A DNA stretch of 64,000 nt from Camelus ferus (lineage: Eukaryota): contig NC_045696.1 in the NCBI RefSeq assembly GCF_009834535.1, positions 89,406,001 through 89,470,000 on the forward strand, in the 5' to 3' direction. Made by a program: the position numbers and the translations under genes. Shown piece by piece: positions 63,172-64,000 of the stretch. The notes beneath the pieces are model-generated. The model saw only the letters and a list, made by a program, of their open reading frames with translations, was not told where the DNA came from and ran no database searches. Numbering within the stretch: the stretch's first letter is position 1; every line of letters starts with the position of its first letter.

Positions 63172-64000
63172 TTTCAAAGTTCTTCTGTCCTCTAAGGAAT
63201 TACACTTGCAGGGCAATTATGGCCTCCAATCCCCCAAAGCCCAAAGCTGCCCCAGGGTGAGAACCAGGGAAGGAAAAGGGCTGACTCAAAACTACACTGT
63301 TCGACTGTGTTTACGGTGAACACAGCCACTTCCATTCCGAAAACAGCCTTGGGAAATACTGTCATAAAGCAAAAATAAAACATCCAGTATGGATATTGCT
63401 AGCAACAAGCACGAGGGCACCTGGGGAAGAGCGGCCCATCACTGAGACAGAAAGGCTAGCGAGACTATTATCAGAAGTCACGTGCGCTCACAAGCCCATT
63501 GCCCAGCCACAGGCAGTGTTTGTCCTGGCCTGTGGTTGAATTCCCTGCTGCCACGCCTTGTGCCTGGGCAGGTAAGGCTCACAGTGCCTTTCGAGGGCGC
63601 CCTGAGAGCCATGATCTCTGAACACAGACCGCGGAGCACTTCCCGACCCCGAACGCTGCCCACCAGCCTTTCCCACCGCGCCACTGTTCTGCCGCAATTG
63701 CCCAAACTTGACAAGAACCAAGAAGGGTGTGTGGTAAAAGAAACAAAAAAGCCAACGTTCTGCTTTGGTAGATAGCATTCGTCTCTGAATCTGGTATGTC
63801 CCCAGGTCTTTTCCCTACTACCTTTGGGATGTGGTGTGTCCCTGTCCCTTAGACACCGGTTACCACTCCTGAGCCCCTCCTCCCGTCCTGCCTTCGTCCC
63901 TCTGGCCCAGTTCATCTTGCTCGCAGCATCCTGGTGTCTCTGGTCTCTGCAGCAGGGCCACCTCATCTTTCACACGCTAGTCTTATACATTTATAAGCAG

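Noticed and set aside
63478..63966. 162-aa minus-strand ORF
   Set aside because: Low-information Arg/Gly-rich translation expected from GC-rich non-coding DNA.

Overview
Mammalian genomic DNA, most likely camelid (alpaca/camel), judged from the tRNA-derived SINE and young L1 3'-UTR sequences as I recall them. The only functional protein-coding sequence I can support is the 3' part of SCHIP1 (also the shared 3' part of the IQCJ-SCHIP1 read-through) on the minus strand. It has six GT-AG coding exons (58793-58911, 41177-41294, 39906-40103, 38877-39000, 36339-36432, 32526-32577) that splice in frame into 234 aa plus stop ([12 protein letters not shown]...HMAEKMPAK*), followed by a ~600-nt 3' UTR. 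The 5' exons lie beyond the right edge. Positions 1-31900 are repeat-rich sequence downstream of the gene, with a full-length RPSA processed pseudogene, a twin-primed (5'-inverted) L1 with target-site duplications, nested solo LTRs, hAT/Tigger relics, SINEs and microsatellites. Almost all ORF-track entries are spurious or repeat-derived. I found no convincing novel multi-gene system. The best leads are small: an alternative last-exon acceptor giving a short C-terminus, a Roquin CDE-like hairpin in the 3' UTR, a 36-nt U2 snRNA retro-fragment antisense in an intron, AP-1 and CRE/XRE motif clusters, and local patches of AT-to-GC biased substitution that resemble GC-biased gene conversion. Repeat family names come from recalled consensus sequences, not a database search, and repeat boundaries are approximate unless TSDs are quoted.
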